Part shown: one piece after another, positions 31,097 to 42,445 of the stretch | How the letters are laid out: every line of letters starts with the position of its first letter | How positions within the stretch are numbered: position 1 is the stretch's first letter | NCBI GenBank assembly: GCA_963841565.1 | Contig: CAWJCY010000006.1 | Span: 339,979-403,978, forward strand | Reading direction: 5' to 3' | Source of the DNA: an uncultured Nitrososphaerales archaeon | GTDB taxonomy: Archaea; Thermoproteota; Nitrososphaeria; Nitrososphaerales; Nitrososphaeraceae | DNA: 64,000 nt | The notes under the pieces: model-generated | Told to the model about the DNA's origin: nothing | The model's database searches: none | What the model saw: the letters and a program-made list of their open reading frames with translations, nothing else | Translations under genes and position numbers: made by a program

Positions 31097-32749
31097 ATGT
31101 CAATTCAACAAGGTTCAGCTGGTGGAATGCCAGTCTTAATATTGAAAGAAGGCGCTAGTCAGACTAAGGGTCGTGACGCTCAGAAGAATAACATAACTGC
31201 AGCAAAGCTTATAGCGGAAGTAGTCCGCTCAAGTTTAGGTCCACGAGGCATGGACAAGATGCTCGTAGATTCACTTGGTGATGTGACTATCACAAATGAT
31301 GGAGCTACAATTCTTAAAGAAATCGATGTCCAGCATCCCGCCGCAAAGATGATGGTAGAAGTCGCAAAGTCAGTTGATAATGAGGTGGGCGATGGTACTA
31401 CATCCGCGGTCGTGCTTGCGGGAGCACTGATCGAGAAGGCAGAGGAGCTAATTGGAAAGGATGTTCATCCAACCATCATAGTAGACGGTTATAGAAGAAG
31501 TGCAATTAAGGCGATTGAAATACTCAACAGTATCGCGATAAAAGTCCATGGCAATGATAAAGATCAACTTACAAAAATCGCCAAGACTTCGATGCAAACA
31601 AAATTAGTTTCCAAAGATTCAGATCAGTTGGCAGAACTGATCGTTACTGCTTCTCTTCAAATTGCTGACAAATCAACGGGTGGATATAGAGTAGACTTGG
31701 ATGATGTCAAAGTTGAGAAGAAGGCTGGCGGTTCATTGAGAGATACTAAATTGATAAAGGGCATAGTGCTCGATAAGGAAGTTGTGCACGGAGGAATGCC
31801 AAAACGAATCGAGAAAGCAAAGATCGCTCTGATCAATTCGGCCCTTGAAATAGAGAAAACAGAGTTTGATGCAAAGATCAACATTAGCTCCCCTGATCAG
31901 ATGAAGATGTTCCTTGAAGAGGAAAATAAGATGTTGAAAAACATGGTGGATAAAATCATTGCTGCAGGTGCCAACGTTGTCGTATGTCAAAAGGGTATTG
32001 ATGACATTGCACAGCATTATCTGGCACGGGCCAATGTCTTGGCAGTTCGAAGGGTCAAAGAAAGTGATATGACAAAGCTCGCAAAAGCAACGGGAGCGAG
32101 AATTATAAGCAACCTTGAAGATCTTTCGAGTAGGGATCTCGGCTCTGCAGATTTAGTAGAAGAGCGAAAAGTGGAAACAGACAAGTGGGTCTTTGTAGAA
32201 GGATGCAAAAATCCAAAAGCAGTTACAATACTTATACGAGGAGGCTCTCAAAGAGTTGTAGATGAAGCTGAGAGATCGTTACATGATGCATTAAGTGTCA
32301 CAAAGGATGTTTTGGAGAAGCCAGCAATAGTTGCAGGAGGAGGAGCACCAGAGGCGTACGTAGCTGGAAAATTGCGCGATTGGGTAGGCACCCTTTCTGG
32401 CAGAGAACAGCTTGCTGCGGAGAAGTTTGCAGAATCATTGGAGGTTATCCCTCTTACCTTAGGTCAGAATGCCGGCATGGATCCAATTGATATTATGACT
32501 GATTTGAGGGCTAGACAATCGAAGGGTTCAAAGTGGAGCGGAATTGATGTCAGAAACGCAAGAATTGCAGATATTTCCAAGCTAGAGATCGTCGAACCTG
32601 TAGTTGTAAAGGAACAAATAATCAAGTCAGCTACTGAAGCTGCATCGATGATCTTACGTATAGATGATGTTATTGCGGCTAGTAAATCGGGAGGTCCTCC
32701 TGGTGGAGGCATGCCTCCAGGTGGAATGGGCGGCATGGGTGAGATGTGA
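31097..32749 (+). CDS. ths: Thermosome (group II chaperonin) subunit, second paralog
   Basis: [25 protein letters not shown] tail. Confidence 0.98.
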   Translation: MSIQQGSAGGMPVLILKEGASQTKGRDAQKNNITAAKLIAEVVRSSLGPRGMDKMLVDSLGDVTITNDGATILKEIDVQHPAAKMMVEVAKSVDNEVGDGTTSAVVLAGALIEKAEELIGKDVHPTIIVDGYRRSAIKAIEILNSIAIKVHGNDKDQLTKIAKTSMQTKLVSKDSDQLAELIVTASLQIADKSTGGYRVDLDDVKVEKKAGGSLRDTKLIKGIVLDKEVVHGGMPKRIEKAKIALINSALEIEKTEFDAKINISSPDQMKMFLEEENKMLKNMVDKIIAAGANVVVCQKGIDDIAQHYLARANVLAVRRVKESDMTKLAKATGARIISNLEDLSSRDLGSADLVEERKVETDKWVFVEGCKNPKAVTILIRGGSQRVVDEAERSLHDALSVTKDVLEKPAIVAGGGAPEAYVAGKLRDWVGTLSGREQLAAEKFAESLEVIPLTLGQNAGMDPIDIMTDLRARQSKGSKWSGIDVRNARIADISKLEIVEPVVVKEQIIKSATEAASMILRIDDVIAASKSGGPPGGGMPPGGMGGMGEM

Positions 32750-32852
32750 TCACATCTCGCTCAGAACTTCGACCTCTACAAGAAGTTTTCTAATTCCTTA
32801 GTGTTTTGTTTTTCCCTCAGCTTGGTTTTGTATTGCATTCGCTACAGAGGAT

Positions 32853-33077
32853 CTACTGTATTTGCAATTCTTTCTCGATTATGTCTCTTATAGAAGAACC
32901 AGTTTCTTGCAGCTCAAGTAATTTTCTTAGATAATCTTCCCAAGAAATTTCTCCTAATGCGCTCTTCCAAAATTCATACCCTGAAGCTAATTTGTCAAAC
33001 GATTTACTATGGTACTCGCAATACTTGCCAGAGGTTGTTCGAGAACAAACCAAACAAAATGCAGTGGGAGAAGCCAT
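32853..33077 (-). CDS. Small putative zinc-binding protein
   Basis: CLVC...YCEYH, WK.ALGEISWEDYL, TG. Confidence 0.6.
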   Translation of the reverse strand: MASPTAFCLVCSRTTSGKYCEYHSKSFDKLASGYEFWKSALGEISWEDYLRKLLELQETGSSIRDIIEKELQIQ

Positions 33078-33144
33078 ATTCTAGTACTTATTTAGACTCA
33101 TGGTGATAAAAAAACAGAAGTTGGATACTGGTGATATTACGGTG

Positions 33145-33708
33145 TCATTCAATCACTTGGCCTAGTGTGAGTGGAACTCTTAAGGGCTCCGATATGGGAG
33201 ATTCTTTTGTTGGATCGGTAACTGTAACTACAGCTGTAACGTTCTTTAATGTATCGTTATTGAAAGTGGTTGCAAGTTGAATTGTACCCGTCTCATTTGC
33301 AGTTATTGGTGAAGGAAAAGAAGATGTTCTGATTAGGGTTTCGTTTGGAGCATATACCTCCATTATAGCATTTATTGGTTTGTTGATTACCTCTGAATTT
33401 GATACATTATAGTCTACAAAAAGCTTCACTTGATTCCCAGGATCGACCGTCAAGGGTATGTAGTGAGCAGCCGCAAGTTTCAGAGAGACGCTGTTAGTAT
33501 CAAGACCTGTTGTTAGATTGGTAGTCAAATCTGTAGTTTGCTGTTGAGCAGGCTGGTTCGGAGTGGATTGGTTTTGTTGTTGAATTTCAATTTCAGGGAG
33601 ATCGGTACCAGGTAATATTGTCACTTGAGCGTAGGCGGGGGAAGAAACTAACAGTATTGTAATCAAGGGAAGAAAGACCGTCAACAGTCTTGTTACAGTC
33701 GAGGACAT
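33145..33708 (-). CDS. Secreted hypothetical protein
   Basis: Signal peptide ending AYA-Q, Q/T-rich linker, beta-rich C-terminal domain. Confidence 0.7.
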   Translation of the reverse strand: MSSTVTRLLTVFLPLITILLVSSPAYAQVTILPGTDLPEIEIQQQNQSTPNQPAQQQTTDLTTNLTTGLDTNSVSLKLAAAHYIPLTVDPGNQVKLFVDYNVSNSEVINKPINAIMEVYAPNETLIRTSSFPSPITANETGTIQLATTFNNDTLKNVTAVVTVTDPTKESPISEPLRVPLTLGQVIE

Positions 33709-33782
33709 GGATTGAATCTGATATCAATCAGATATATATTCTATATTCAACTTTTTTTGATGGATTTGTCATTGTTAAGAAA

Positions 33783-35219
33783 TCATACTACTTCAACGTC
33801 ATGAGGAAGGCTTTCGGTATACCCTGCTGAGGTGATTTTTATAAACTTAGCATTCTTTTGCATTTCTGCTATTGTCTTTGCACCACAGTAACTAAGCCCA
33901 GAACGAAGACCTCCAACCAACTGCCTAATTATGTCAACCACGCTCCCTTTGTAACTTACCATTGCCTCTACACCTTCTGGCACGTAGTCATTCAGATCGT
34001 CTGATTCGATTACCTGTGATCCCTCTTCACGGTACTTTCTACCCAAAGATGCATAAAAGGAAGCCATTCCTCGGTACATTTTAAATTTCTTACCGTTCTT
34101 AACGAGTGTCTTGCCAGGACTTTCATCTGTGCCACCAAAGAGACTTCCAACCATAACAGAAGATGCTCCAGCTGCAAGGGCCTTAGTGGCGTCACCAGAT
34201 GTTCTTATTCCACCATCTGAGATGATTGGAATATCATAATCTTTTGTCACTTTGGCACTGTCGACGACCGCAGTGACTTGGGGTACCCCAGAGCCGGTAA
34301 TGACTCGCGTAATGCATATGGATCCAGAACCAACTCCGACTTTCACGGCATCTACTCCAGCTCGGATAAGATCTTTCGATCCATTTCCAGTTGCAACATT
34401 TCCTGCTATAAGTTCACAATTTGGAAATGCCCTCTTTATCATTTTTACCGCATTTATTGCGTTATCGCTATGCCCGTGCGCAATATCAACCACTATCACA
34501 TCAGCCCCAGCTTCCAGCAATGTCTCAGTTCTTTCTAGAAAATCACCCTTGACGCCTACGGCTGCGCCTACAAGTAGTCTCCCCTTCTTATCCTTGGATG
34601 CGTACGGATACTGCTCCATCTTGAGAATATCTTTACTCGTAATTAGACCTACTATATGATATTTCTTATCAACTACCGGTAGCTTTTCTATTCTATGTTT
34701 ATGAAGAATTTCTTTGGCTTCTTCTATAGTGATTCCTTTTTGGGCCGTGATTACACCTCTGCTCATTGAACCGGATACCTTTTTTGTTGGATTACTCTCA
34801 AAGGTTATGTCCCGACTGGTAATGATGCCAATTAATTTGTGATCATTATCTTCAACAAGTAACCCGGAGACTCCATAGTTAGTCATTAGGTTTCTTACAT
34901 CTGTTACGTTCATGTCTTGGCCAACTGTATACGGCTGCTCAATCATAACGGATTCGGATCTCTTAACCCTTAATACTTCATCAACTTGGTCTGAAATAGT
35001 CATAAATCTGTGTATAATCCCTATTCCACCTTCGCGAGCTAGAGCGATCGCCATCCCTGACTCGGTGATCGTATCCATATTTGCGCTGATCAGGGGAATG
35101 TTAAGAAAAATATTTCTTGATAACCTTGTCCTTAGGTTAGTTTGACTCCGAGAGATGATGTGTGATCTAGTTGGAACGATGAGAACGTCATCAAACGTTA
35201 GTCCCTCTGTAATCTCCAA
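33783..35219 (-). CDS. guaB: IMP dehydrogenase with CBS pair
   Basis: [44 protein letters not shown]. Confidence 0.97.
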   Translation of the reverse strand: MEITEGLTFDDVLIVPTRSHIISRSQTNLRTRLSRNIFLNIPLISANMDTITESGMAIALAREGGIGIIHRFMTISDQVDEVLRVKRSESVMIEQPYTVGQDMNVTDVRNLMTNYGVSGLLVEDNDHKLIGIITSRDITFESNPTKKVSGSMSRGVITAQKGITIEEAKEILHKHRIEKLPVVDKKYHIVGLITSKDILKMEQYPYASKDKKGRLLVGAAVGVKGDFLERTETLLEAGADVIVVDIAHGHSDNAINAVKMIKRAFPNCELIAGNVATGNGSKDLIRAGVDAVKVGVGSGSICITRVITGSGVPQVTAVVDSAKVTKDYDIPIISDGGIRTSGDATKALAAGASSVMVGSLFGGTDESPGKTLVKNGKKFKMYRGMASFYASLGRKYREEGSQVIESDDLNDYVPEGVEAMVSYKGSVVDIIRQLVGGLRSGLSYCGAKTIAEMQKNAKFIKITSAGYTESLPHDVEVV

Positions 35220-35464
35220 ATAATACCTTAATTAGGTGTTCTACAGAGGGATTATAAGTTTTGCCTTAAATTCTTGCCCTAATAACAGGCTAGATGTGGG
35301 ATCAAAATTAGTCGAGTGGTCAGAGAAGATAACTTGTCATAATCAATATAATGACCATGCGAAGCTAATTTTTCATGAGTCGTTAGAACCAGAGTTGGGA
35401 TACAATATACCAACAGATTAAAATAATATTTCACCAAAAATTTGATGTTGCAGAGGCTTTATCT

Positions 35465-36146
35465 TTGAAAGGCACAAAATATAACATAGCAATATTTGAC
35501 ACATTTAAGACTCGAAAGGATAAGTTCACCGGTGAAGCGAAAAGACAGAGAGGGATTATCGCTCATCTTGCCTCTGAACAAAGCCCGGAGTTGCGTACGA
35601 GAACTTCCATTGCTCACGTAATTGCGAAAAAACATGGGATACTATGGCAGAACATTTATTCAGGAATTTTTCGAGACCTTGACGAGGTCCTTATTCCTTC
35701 AGGCGTAGTAAAGGAGGGAGGCAGGCTCGCCCTTAAGACGTGGACCAAGAGCCCTTCAATTGGAAGGAGTGCCATTCTATGAATTAACTGAAGCAGGACT
35801 ACTAGTGGCATCTTCCATCGAAGAGCTTGGAAAAGAGTATAGAACCAAGTCTTTAGAAGCATTTATTGGCTCGCTAAAGCCCGTGAGTAAAGAAGAAAAG
35901 ATCCTCTATGATGGTATACTTCTCTTGATGAACATCGCTCCTTATTTTGTATCAAAAATAATCAACGAGTATATTCATTCATATAGTATTGGTGTAGTAG
36001 ATAGCATTATACCTATGAATGTGACAAACTTTAAATCGGTTATCTCTGATCACATTGGAGTCGAAAGGGAGCTGCTTGATGCGTTTGTAAACTCAAATAA
36101 AGATCAGCAGACTCTCATTATGGATTTTATGAGGATTCTTACTTAA
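35465..36146 (+). CDS. Conserved hypothetical protein, possibly winged-helix (one extra base at about 35728)
   Basis: Two ORFs join as ...EGGRLPLRRGPRALQLEGVPFYELTEAG...; 'YELTxxG' is typical of a winged-helix wing. Confidence 0.7.
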
Positions 36147-36461
36147 ATGAGCTAATGTTTTCTATTGATTCCGTTAAAAATAAACAATTTTCGGATCTTT
36201 TTAAGTTTTTAGGTGAATTAGCGTCAACTTTTGCAGCGAATCCGATAAGAAGGTCCCATCAATACGAGTGTCAAAAGATTCTTACTTTAGAAATGTGCTT
36301 CAAAAGGCATAACGTGTCTTATGGTGGGTATAGACAGACAGGAAGAACGCCAACAAGAAATTCCAACAAATAAAAGATCTTTTACAGGGGCAAAAGAAGA
36401 ATCAGAAACCTGGTTCTCATAGATGAATCAACCTTTATAAAATAAAACATATTAGTATCAA

Positions 36462-39400
36462 TTGGATACTGGTCCTCTGTCCTTGGTGCATATAAAAAAA
36501 CTAGAGGTCTACGGTTTCAAATCGTTTGGTTTCAAGAATTCCGTCCTAACATTTGATAAAGGGCTTATAGCAGTTACAGGTCCAAATGGTTCTGGAAAGA
36601 GTAACATTCTTGACGCGATAATGTTTGCTCTTGGAGAGAATAGCCCAAGGGTACTTAGAGTAGATAAATTTCAGTCACTTTTTCATGACAGTCAGAACAC
36701 TCATCATAAGATGATTCACGTAAGCGTCACTTTTGACAATCACGATCGAGGTATCCCTATCGACTCGGACAATGTCACCTTGACAAGAGATATGGAAGGC
36801 CAGGCAGGAGAAAGTGAGTACTATCTCAATGGGAAAAAAGTTACGAAGGGGACCATAGTCGAGCTTTTGGAGATCGTAATTGCCACTTCGAATAAGTTGA
36901 ATATCGTACAGCAGGGGATGATAACTAGAATTTCTGAACTCAATTCTGATGAACGGAGAAGAATTATTGAAGATATAATAGGTTTATCATACTTTGATGA
37001 GAAGAAGACTGAAGCACTAAAGCAGCTTGACGAATCAGATAGACGTTTAGAAGTTGCCTTCGCGCGAATCGATGAGGTCAGAAAGAGAATCGATGAACTT
37101 GAAATTGAAAGAAATGAACAAATGAAATTTCTGGGTATCGAAAATGAAATTAAAAAATATCGAGCCATCAAGATTTCAAATGTTATCGTCTCAACTCGGT
37201 CAAAGACTGAATCAATAGAAAGCCGATTAAAGAGTTCCAGCTCTCGTTCTTCGACTTTGCAAGATGAGATTAGTCAATTGAATGCCCAAATCGAAGGTAT
37301 CGAGCAGGAAAGGGCAAAATATATGAAAGAGTTGGATACAACAAATAAGGATAAGGCGTTAGTAGAAGGTAAGCTATCAAACATCGTCTATGAATCAGAA
37401 AGGAATAGAGCCGTTCTGAAAGAAGCGGATCAGCGAATCATAAATATTGAGAGAAGGCTGAAATCAATTGAACTCGAGAAGGTAGCTTTAGAAGATAAGC
37501 TGTCTGGTTCACGACTGGAATTAGAAAAGGTTGAGCAGAACATAGAATTAAAGAGATCCGAGATGAATAATCTCACATCTGAATTAAATTCGGCAAATTC
37601 AAAGATAGACAAGATAGCATCCACGGAAGGTGTATATCATACAAAAAAGGTTAGCATTGAAGGGAGATTAAATGTTTTACTTCGAATACAGAGTCATTTC
37701 GAAGCAGTTGTCGCAAGATTAGAGGAGAGAAGGGCACAAATACAGAGAGATATTGACAGCACTAATGCGGAGGTCTTGTCGCAAAGAAATCAAATTTCTA
37801 GGTTTAATATTCTAAATCATTTGCAAAGTAAGGACCTCCAAATATATTTACAACATCTTCAATCTTGTAACAATTCTGCAGAAAGGCTTTTGGATACAAA
37901 GAAACGTACTGAGCAAGATCTCTCTACCTCATCACGACTTGTGGTTACTGCACAACACGCCGTATCGCATAGGTATGACGATTTTACCCAGGTCATGAGG
38001 AATCCAAATACAGAGTACTTTGCTATTTCAAGCTTGCTAGACGCCTCCGAGTACCTAGGAATAGTGGGATTAGTTCAGGACTTGATAAAGTTCGAAAGAG
38101 TCTATGAGAGGGCTATTCTCGCTGCCGCATCGGATTGGATGAGGGCAATTGTAGTATCCGACATAAAATCTATGATCTCACTTCTTAGGTATTCGATGAA
38201 CAAAAAGCTACCCAGATTTAAAATAATTCCTCTCGATATATTGAGGTATCACACCAGCAATTCTGAAATAGAGAGGCTTTACGAATCCGACTCTATTGGC
38301 ATATTGGGAAGTTTAGACAGATTTGTCACCTCAGCGTATTCGCAATTAGTGACGTTCCTATTTCGAGATATCGTACTTGTTCGAACATCATCGACTGGTT
38401 ATGAGTTAGCAAGGAGAGGGTTCAAATCAGTATCCTTGGCAGGTATTTCATTCGAACCAAGTGGCGTACAAGTATCGATTGATTTCGGAACGAAAATCTT
38501 TGACATGAGCAAGACCGCTCTAACGGCTGAGATTGTGAAAAAATTAGAGTCTTCTACAAGACATCTCAATTCTTTAGTAGAAATGAAAAAATCAAGCCTT
38601 GAAGGACTCGCAGACGATCTGGCGAAATTAGAGCAAATGGAATTTAAAGCCGAAACAAATGTCACAAGTTTACACGAAAGAATTTCTTCCGTTAAAGAGT
38701 CGATCTCTACAATGAAAGAATTGTTAAAGACACTAATCGATGAAGCCTTAACACTTCTAGAAAAGTGGGAAAGTACTTATAAGATGCAATTGGTGTTTGA
38801 TGCCCGTCTATTTCAATCCAAATCCCTAATGAGTAAATTAACGATGCTGTCAGAAAAGATAGACAAGCTGTACGGGAGTGGAGAATTTGCAAGTTTGCAA
38901 AGTGAAAAAAGCAATATAATGAGGGCTCTTGAGAAATCTGATCTAGAACTAAGGGAGAAGATTACCGAATCTACACCCATCAGATCAATGGTGCAAGCAA
39001 TTCAACAAAAAATTAAGGAACTGTATGAGGAAGAGAATCAACTTCTAGATGAATTGCAACAGAAACGAAATGAATCAGATGAAATGCGAAAAAATCTAAA
39101 TATTGTGGATTCTGAAATTTTGACACTTAGACAGAAGGAACAGGACATTATTGATTCAACTGGGAAATCCTATGGGACAATTTCGGAGTACGAACAAAAA
39201 ATAAAGATGATTCGGGACAATGAACGCAAGTTGTCAAGGGAATATTCTACTCTAGACCGCGATATTGCCATCTACAATAGGGACATCGAACAGCTAGGTA
39301 TTAAATACGAAGAGCTAACAGCTGAGCTTAGGTCATTAAATTATGAAGAAAAGCCACAAGATCTAGATGTAGACATAATATTGGAGAATTTAAATGCGGA

Positions 39401-40034
39401 GTATGATTCTATAAGAAACAGGGTTAACTTACGCGCGAAGGACGCGTACTCTGAAATAGTTGAAGGTTATCGAAGTATGTCTGAACGGAGAAATGAACTT
39501 GAAATCGAACGTAATTCGATTGTCGAATTCATAGAGGAGATAGGTAAAGAAAGAAGCCAAGTATTTGATGATGCATTTTCCAAGGTGGACCAGAACATCA
39601 GACAGACATTTACCGAAGTGACTGGTGGTGGATCTGCTTGGCTTGAAATTGAAAACCCAGCTGAAGAAACAAGTGGCATTATGCTGGTAGTACAATTTCC
39701 TGACAAACCTAGACGCGAATCTACGTCGCTTTCCGGAGGAGAAAAAACTATGGCCGCAACAATATTTCTATTAGCATTGCAGTCACTAAAGCCCTCTCCC
39801 TTCTATCTCATGGATGAAGTTGATGCTCATTTGGATGCTCAGAATACGGAGAGATTGCTAAGTGTTCTCTTAAGACGATCAATAAACAACCAGATTATAA
39901 TGGTCACTCTGAAAGATTCTACCGTGGCCAGGGCAAGTCTTGTTTATGGTGTATATCCTAAGGATGGTATTTCTCATGTCGTAAGGTATAATCATGGCAA
40001 AAAGCTAAGCCCAGGCTTACAGTCAAATCCATGA
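36462..40034 (+). CDS. smc: Chromosome segregation protein SMC
   Basis: GFKSF, GPNGSGKSN, Q-loop VQQG, long coiled coils, hinge, LSGGEK, YLMDEVDAHLD. Confidence 0.95.
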   Translation: MDTGPLSLVHIKKLEVYGFKSFGFKNSVLTFDKGLIAVTGPNGSGKSNILDAIMFALGENSPRVLRVDKFQSLFHDSQNTHHKMIHVSVTFDNHDRGIPIDSDNVTLTRDMEGQAGESEYYLNGKKVTKGTIVELLEIVIATSNKLNIVQQGMITRISELNSDERRRIIEDIIGLSYFDEKKTEALKQLDESDRRLEVAFARIDEVRKRIDELEIERNEQMKFLGIENEIKKYRAIKISNVIVSTRSKTESIESRLKSSSSRSSTLQDEISQLNAQIEGIEQERAKYMKELDTTNKDKALVEGKLSNIVYESERNRAVLKEADQRIINIERRLKSIELEKVALEDKLSGSRLELEKVEQNIELKRSEMNNLTSELNSANSKIDKIASTEGVYHTKKVSIEGRLNVLLRIQSHFEAVVARLEERRAQIQRDIDSTNAEVLSQRNQISRFNILNHLQSKDLQIYLQHLQSCNNSAERLLDTKKRTEQDLSTSSRLVVTAQHAVSHRYDDFTQVMRNPNTEYFAISSLLDASEYLGIVGLVQDLIKFERVYERAILAAASDWMRAIVVSDIKSMISLLRYSMNKKLPRFKIIPLDILRYHTSNSEIERLYESDSIGILGSLDRFVTSAYSQLVTFLFRDIVLVRTSSTGYELARRGFKSVSLAGISFEPSGVQVSIDFGTKIFDMSKTALTAEIVKKLESSTRHLNSLVEMKKSSLEGLADDLAKLEQMEFKAETNVTSLHERISSVKESISTMKELLKTLIDEALTLLEKWESTYKMQLVFDARLFQSKSLMSKLTMLSEKIDKLYGSGEFASLQSEKSNIMRALEKSDLELREKITESTPIRSMVQAIQQKIKELYEEENQLLDELQQKRNESDEMRKNLNIVDSEILTLRQKEQDIIDSTGKSYGTISEYEQKIKMIRDNERKLSREYSTLDRDIAIYNRDIEQLGIKYEELTAELRSLNYEEKPQDLDVDIILENLNAEYDSIRNRVNLRAKDAYSEIVEGYRSMSERRNELEIERNSIVEFIEEIGKERSQVFDDAFSKVDQNIRQTFTEVTGGGSAWLEIENPAEETSGIMLVVQFPDKPRRESTSLSGGEKTMAATIFLLALQSLKPSPFYLMDEVDAHLDAQNTERLLSVLLRRSINNQIIMVTLKDSTVARASLVYGVYPKDGISHVVRYNHGKKLSPGLQSNP

Positions 40035-40086
40035 CTCTAACACACGGTGACAACTACAAAGACAAATGCCATAGTTAGTACATGAA

Positions 40087-41109
40087 TCAGTCATATAAAA
40101 AACATGAGACAAAATGATCCTTGCTACTCTCAGATTGCTTGGCTTTATGTTGATTACTAAGATTTGGCTCTTTTTTGCATTTATCCATTGAATAAAGACA
40201 TCGAAAATAAAAATTACATCCCCCACTAAATATTTTCTCCCCTTCACGTATACGAATAGATCTTGTTTTTTGCAAGTTTGTAGGATTTGGTTCAGATACT
40301 GCATCGATAAGAGCTTGGGTATACGGGTGAAGAGGATTAAGTAAAACAGTATCAACCGCGCCCATCTCCACTACCTTCCCAGCGTACATGATTGCGATCT
40401 TGTCTCCAATGTATCTGGATGTGCTAAGATCATGTGTGATATACACATATGATATTCTGAATCTGTCTTTAAGATCTTTCATTAGCTCCAATATCCCTGC
40501 TCTGACCGATACATCTAGCATTGATACAGGTTCGTCTGCAATTATAACAGCAGGTCTAAGAACCAGAGCTCTTGCAAGAGCGACTCGTTGCCGCTGGCCG
40601 CCAGAGAGAGAATATGGATAATTACTAGAAAGCTCGACGACAGGCTCAAGTTTGACATCCTCCAACGCCTTGTATACCTTTTCATGTCGCTCCCTTCTTG
40701 AGCTGCCTTTTTCGTGGATAGTAATTGGCTCCATTATGATATCAAGGATTTTCATTCTCGGATCGAGTGATGTATACGCATCTTGGTGTACCATTTGGAC
40801 ACTTCTCCTAAACTCCTTAAGATCTGCATCCTTCTTCTTTGTGATCTCATTACCCTTGAATATTATTTGACCTTCATCTGGATCTATTGCTCGCAATAGT
40901 AGTCTAGCAAGCGTTGATTTTCCTGAACCTGATTCACCTGCAATAACGTAGACCTGACCCTCATCTAGTCTTAATGATACGCCGTCAACTGCCTTCACGA
41001 GAGAAACCGGGCCTGCTCTCATCGCGCTCATTAAACCCTTTGACATGCGAAAGTATTTTTTCAGGTTTTCAGCTCTGAGTATTTCTTGCAAGAATATAGA
41101 ATAAAGCAT
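40087..41109 (-). CDS. Oligopeptide/dipeptide ABC transporter ATP-binding protein (OppF/DppF type)
   Basis: GESGSGKST, LSGGQRQR, ADEPVSMLD, HPYTQAL, C-terminal Cys motif. Confidence 0.92.
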   Translation of the reverse strand: MLYSIFLQEILRAENLKKYFRMSKGLMSAMRAGPVSLVKAVDGVSLRLDEGQVYVIAGESGSGKSTLARLLLRAIDPDEGQIIFKGNEITKKKDADLKEFRRSVQMVHQDAYTSLDPRMKILDIIMEPITIHEKGSSRRERHEKVYKALEDVKLEPVVELSSNYPYSLSGGQRQRVALARALVLRPAVIIADEPVSMLDVSVRAGILELMKDLKDRFRISYVYITHDLSTSRYIGDKIAIMYAGKVVEMGAVDTVLLNPLHPYTQALIDAVSEPNPTNLQKTRSIRIREGEKIFSGGCNFYFRCLYSMDKCKKEPNLSNQHKAKQSESSKDHFVSCFLYD

Positions 41110-41655
41110 ATATTTTGCATATATACACTTTTTTCCCGGTTTGTCATGTGCTTTGTGAAATAGCCAAATCAGTTCGTAAATTCCATGTGGAAAACCTATC
41201 TGAGTCAGTTAAACGGGACCACTAATAAGCGAGGTTATAAAAAAATTGATTCTACGTCAGCGAAACACAATAATCACTACTCGTCACATATTTTAATCAC
41301 GACAAATCCTATTTCAACTCAAAAAATAAAAGTGTGATCCGTGAGTAATCAAAGGATGTCATTACAGAGATAAGATCAACCCCAGATAACCATGTTAGCA
41401 AGAGAATATCCCATCAGCCACCAGCTACCAAGGCTATTGAAGCTACGAGGCAATTATTGGGACAATAAATGTCGATGCAGTAAAAAAAGGGGTGAATTCA
41501 TTAAGATAGTTTTTCTTTTTTTAATAGTATACTAATGCACAAGTGGGTCATAGAAAAGGCATGTAAATACAGTTTAGTTATCCAAACTCTTGTATTATCC
41601 CTAAAATGGAATAAAATCAAATATGGTCATATCTAGCAACGAATTCATCTGATTG

Positions 41656-42276
41656 TCATTTTGGTCTGAATAAGTCATTAATGCTCTTAAACTTCTTGAT
41701 CTTCGTTATTATGACCACAGAAGTTATGGATATTGCAAGAACTAATGCAGCAAGTGGGCCAAATTCTGGAACAATGTGTGTCCCAGTGATCTCTATCTGC
41801 TCGGATCCGTTACCGAATTCTATACGCAATATCCTCGCTTGAGTATTGTTCATGATTTCATCATAAGGTACGAACTGTCCATCAATAAATACGGCATACT
41901 CATCGTCCGCGTTCGATTGCTTTTTAGAGTCTATAACATCTCTTGGAAGTTCGATGGTCAATATCCCATCAGAGACTGCCGAGATTTCAGCAGCCAGTGT
42001 TATATTATCTCTTTGGACCCACATTGCCTTCAATTGATTGTCTCCACTGATCTGATATCTGATCTGAAACGAAGCATTCCCTATCTCTAATGCTTTGGTA
42101 TTCACAAGATAGGAAGCAGCAGTCTCATTTTGTTGAGATATCATCTCATTTTCCTGTCCGTATGCAGTAAAGGAGGAAATTCCGATAAACATGAATAATG
42201 CCAGTACTACGAAGCCGGTTAAGAGAAAATAATGTTGTCGTAATATTTGGACTTTAGCGGCACTAATTGAAAACAA
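41656..42276 (-). CDS. PEFG-CTERM sorting-domain surface protein
   Basis: Signal peptide, IELPR..ID, IEITGTHIVPEFG followed by a TM helix and basic tail. Confidence 0.9.
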   Translation of the reverse strand: MFSISAAKVQILRQHYFLLTGFVVLALFMFIGISSFTAYGQENEMISQQNETAASYLVNTKALEIGNASFQIRYQISGDNQLKAMWVQRDNITLAAEISAVSDGILTIELPRDVIDSKKQSNADDEYAVFIDGQFVPYDEIMNNTQARILRIEFGNGSEQIEITGTHIVPEFGPLAALVLAISITSVVIITKIKKFKSINDLFRPK

Positions 42277-42445
42277 ATTTCTCAGGTTTAGTTGAAGATA
42301 GTGGTTTTAAAGCTTTGGCTATTCGTATAATGTTTTCGCACGAATCAGTTGCATTGCTCCATTTACTCTAACATGTAAGGTTAGTTCATACTCTCAGGTT
42401 ACATCTAAATAGGCAGCCTGTCGTATTGGAAGAAGGTCATAGGAA

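Noticed and set aside
15745-32749. Recent duplication or gene conversion between the two thermosome genes
   Set aside because: Synonymous sites differ throughout and I saw only short identical runs (about 23 bp); two subunits are normal for this group
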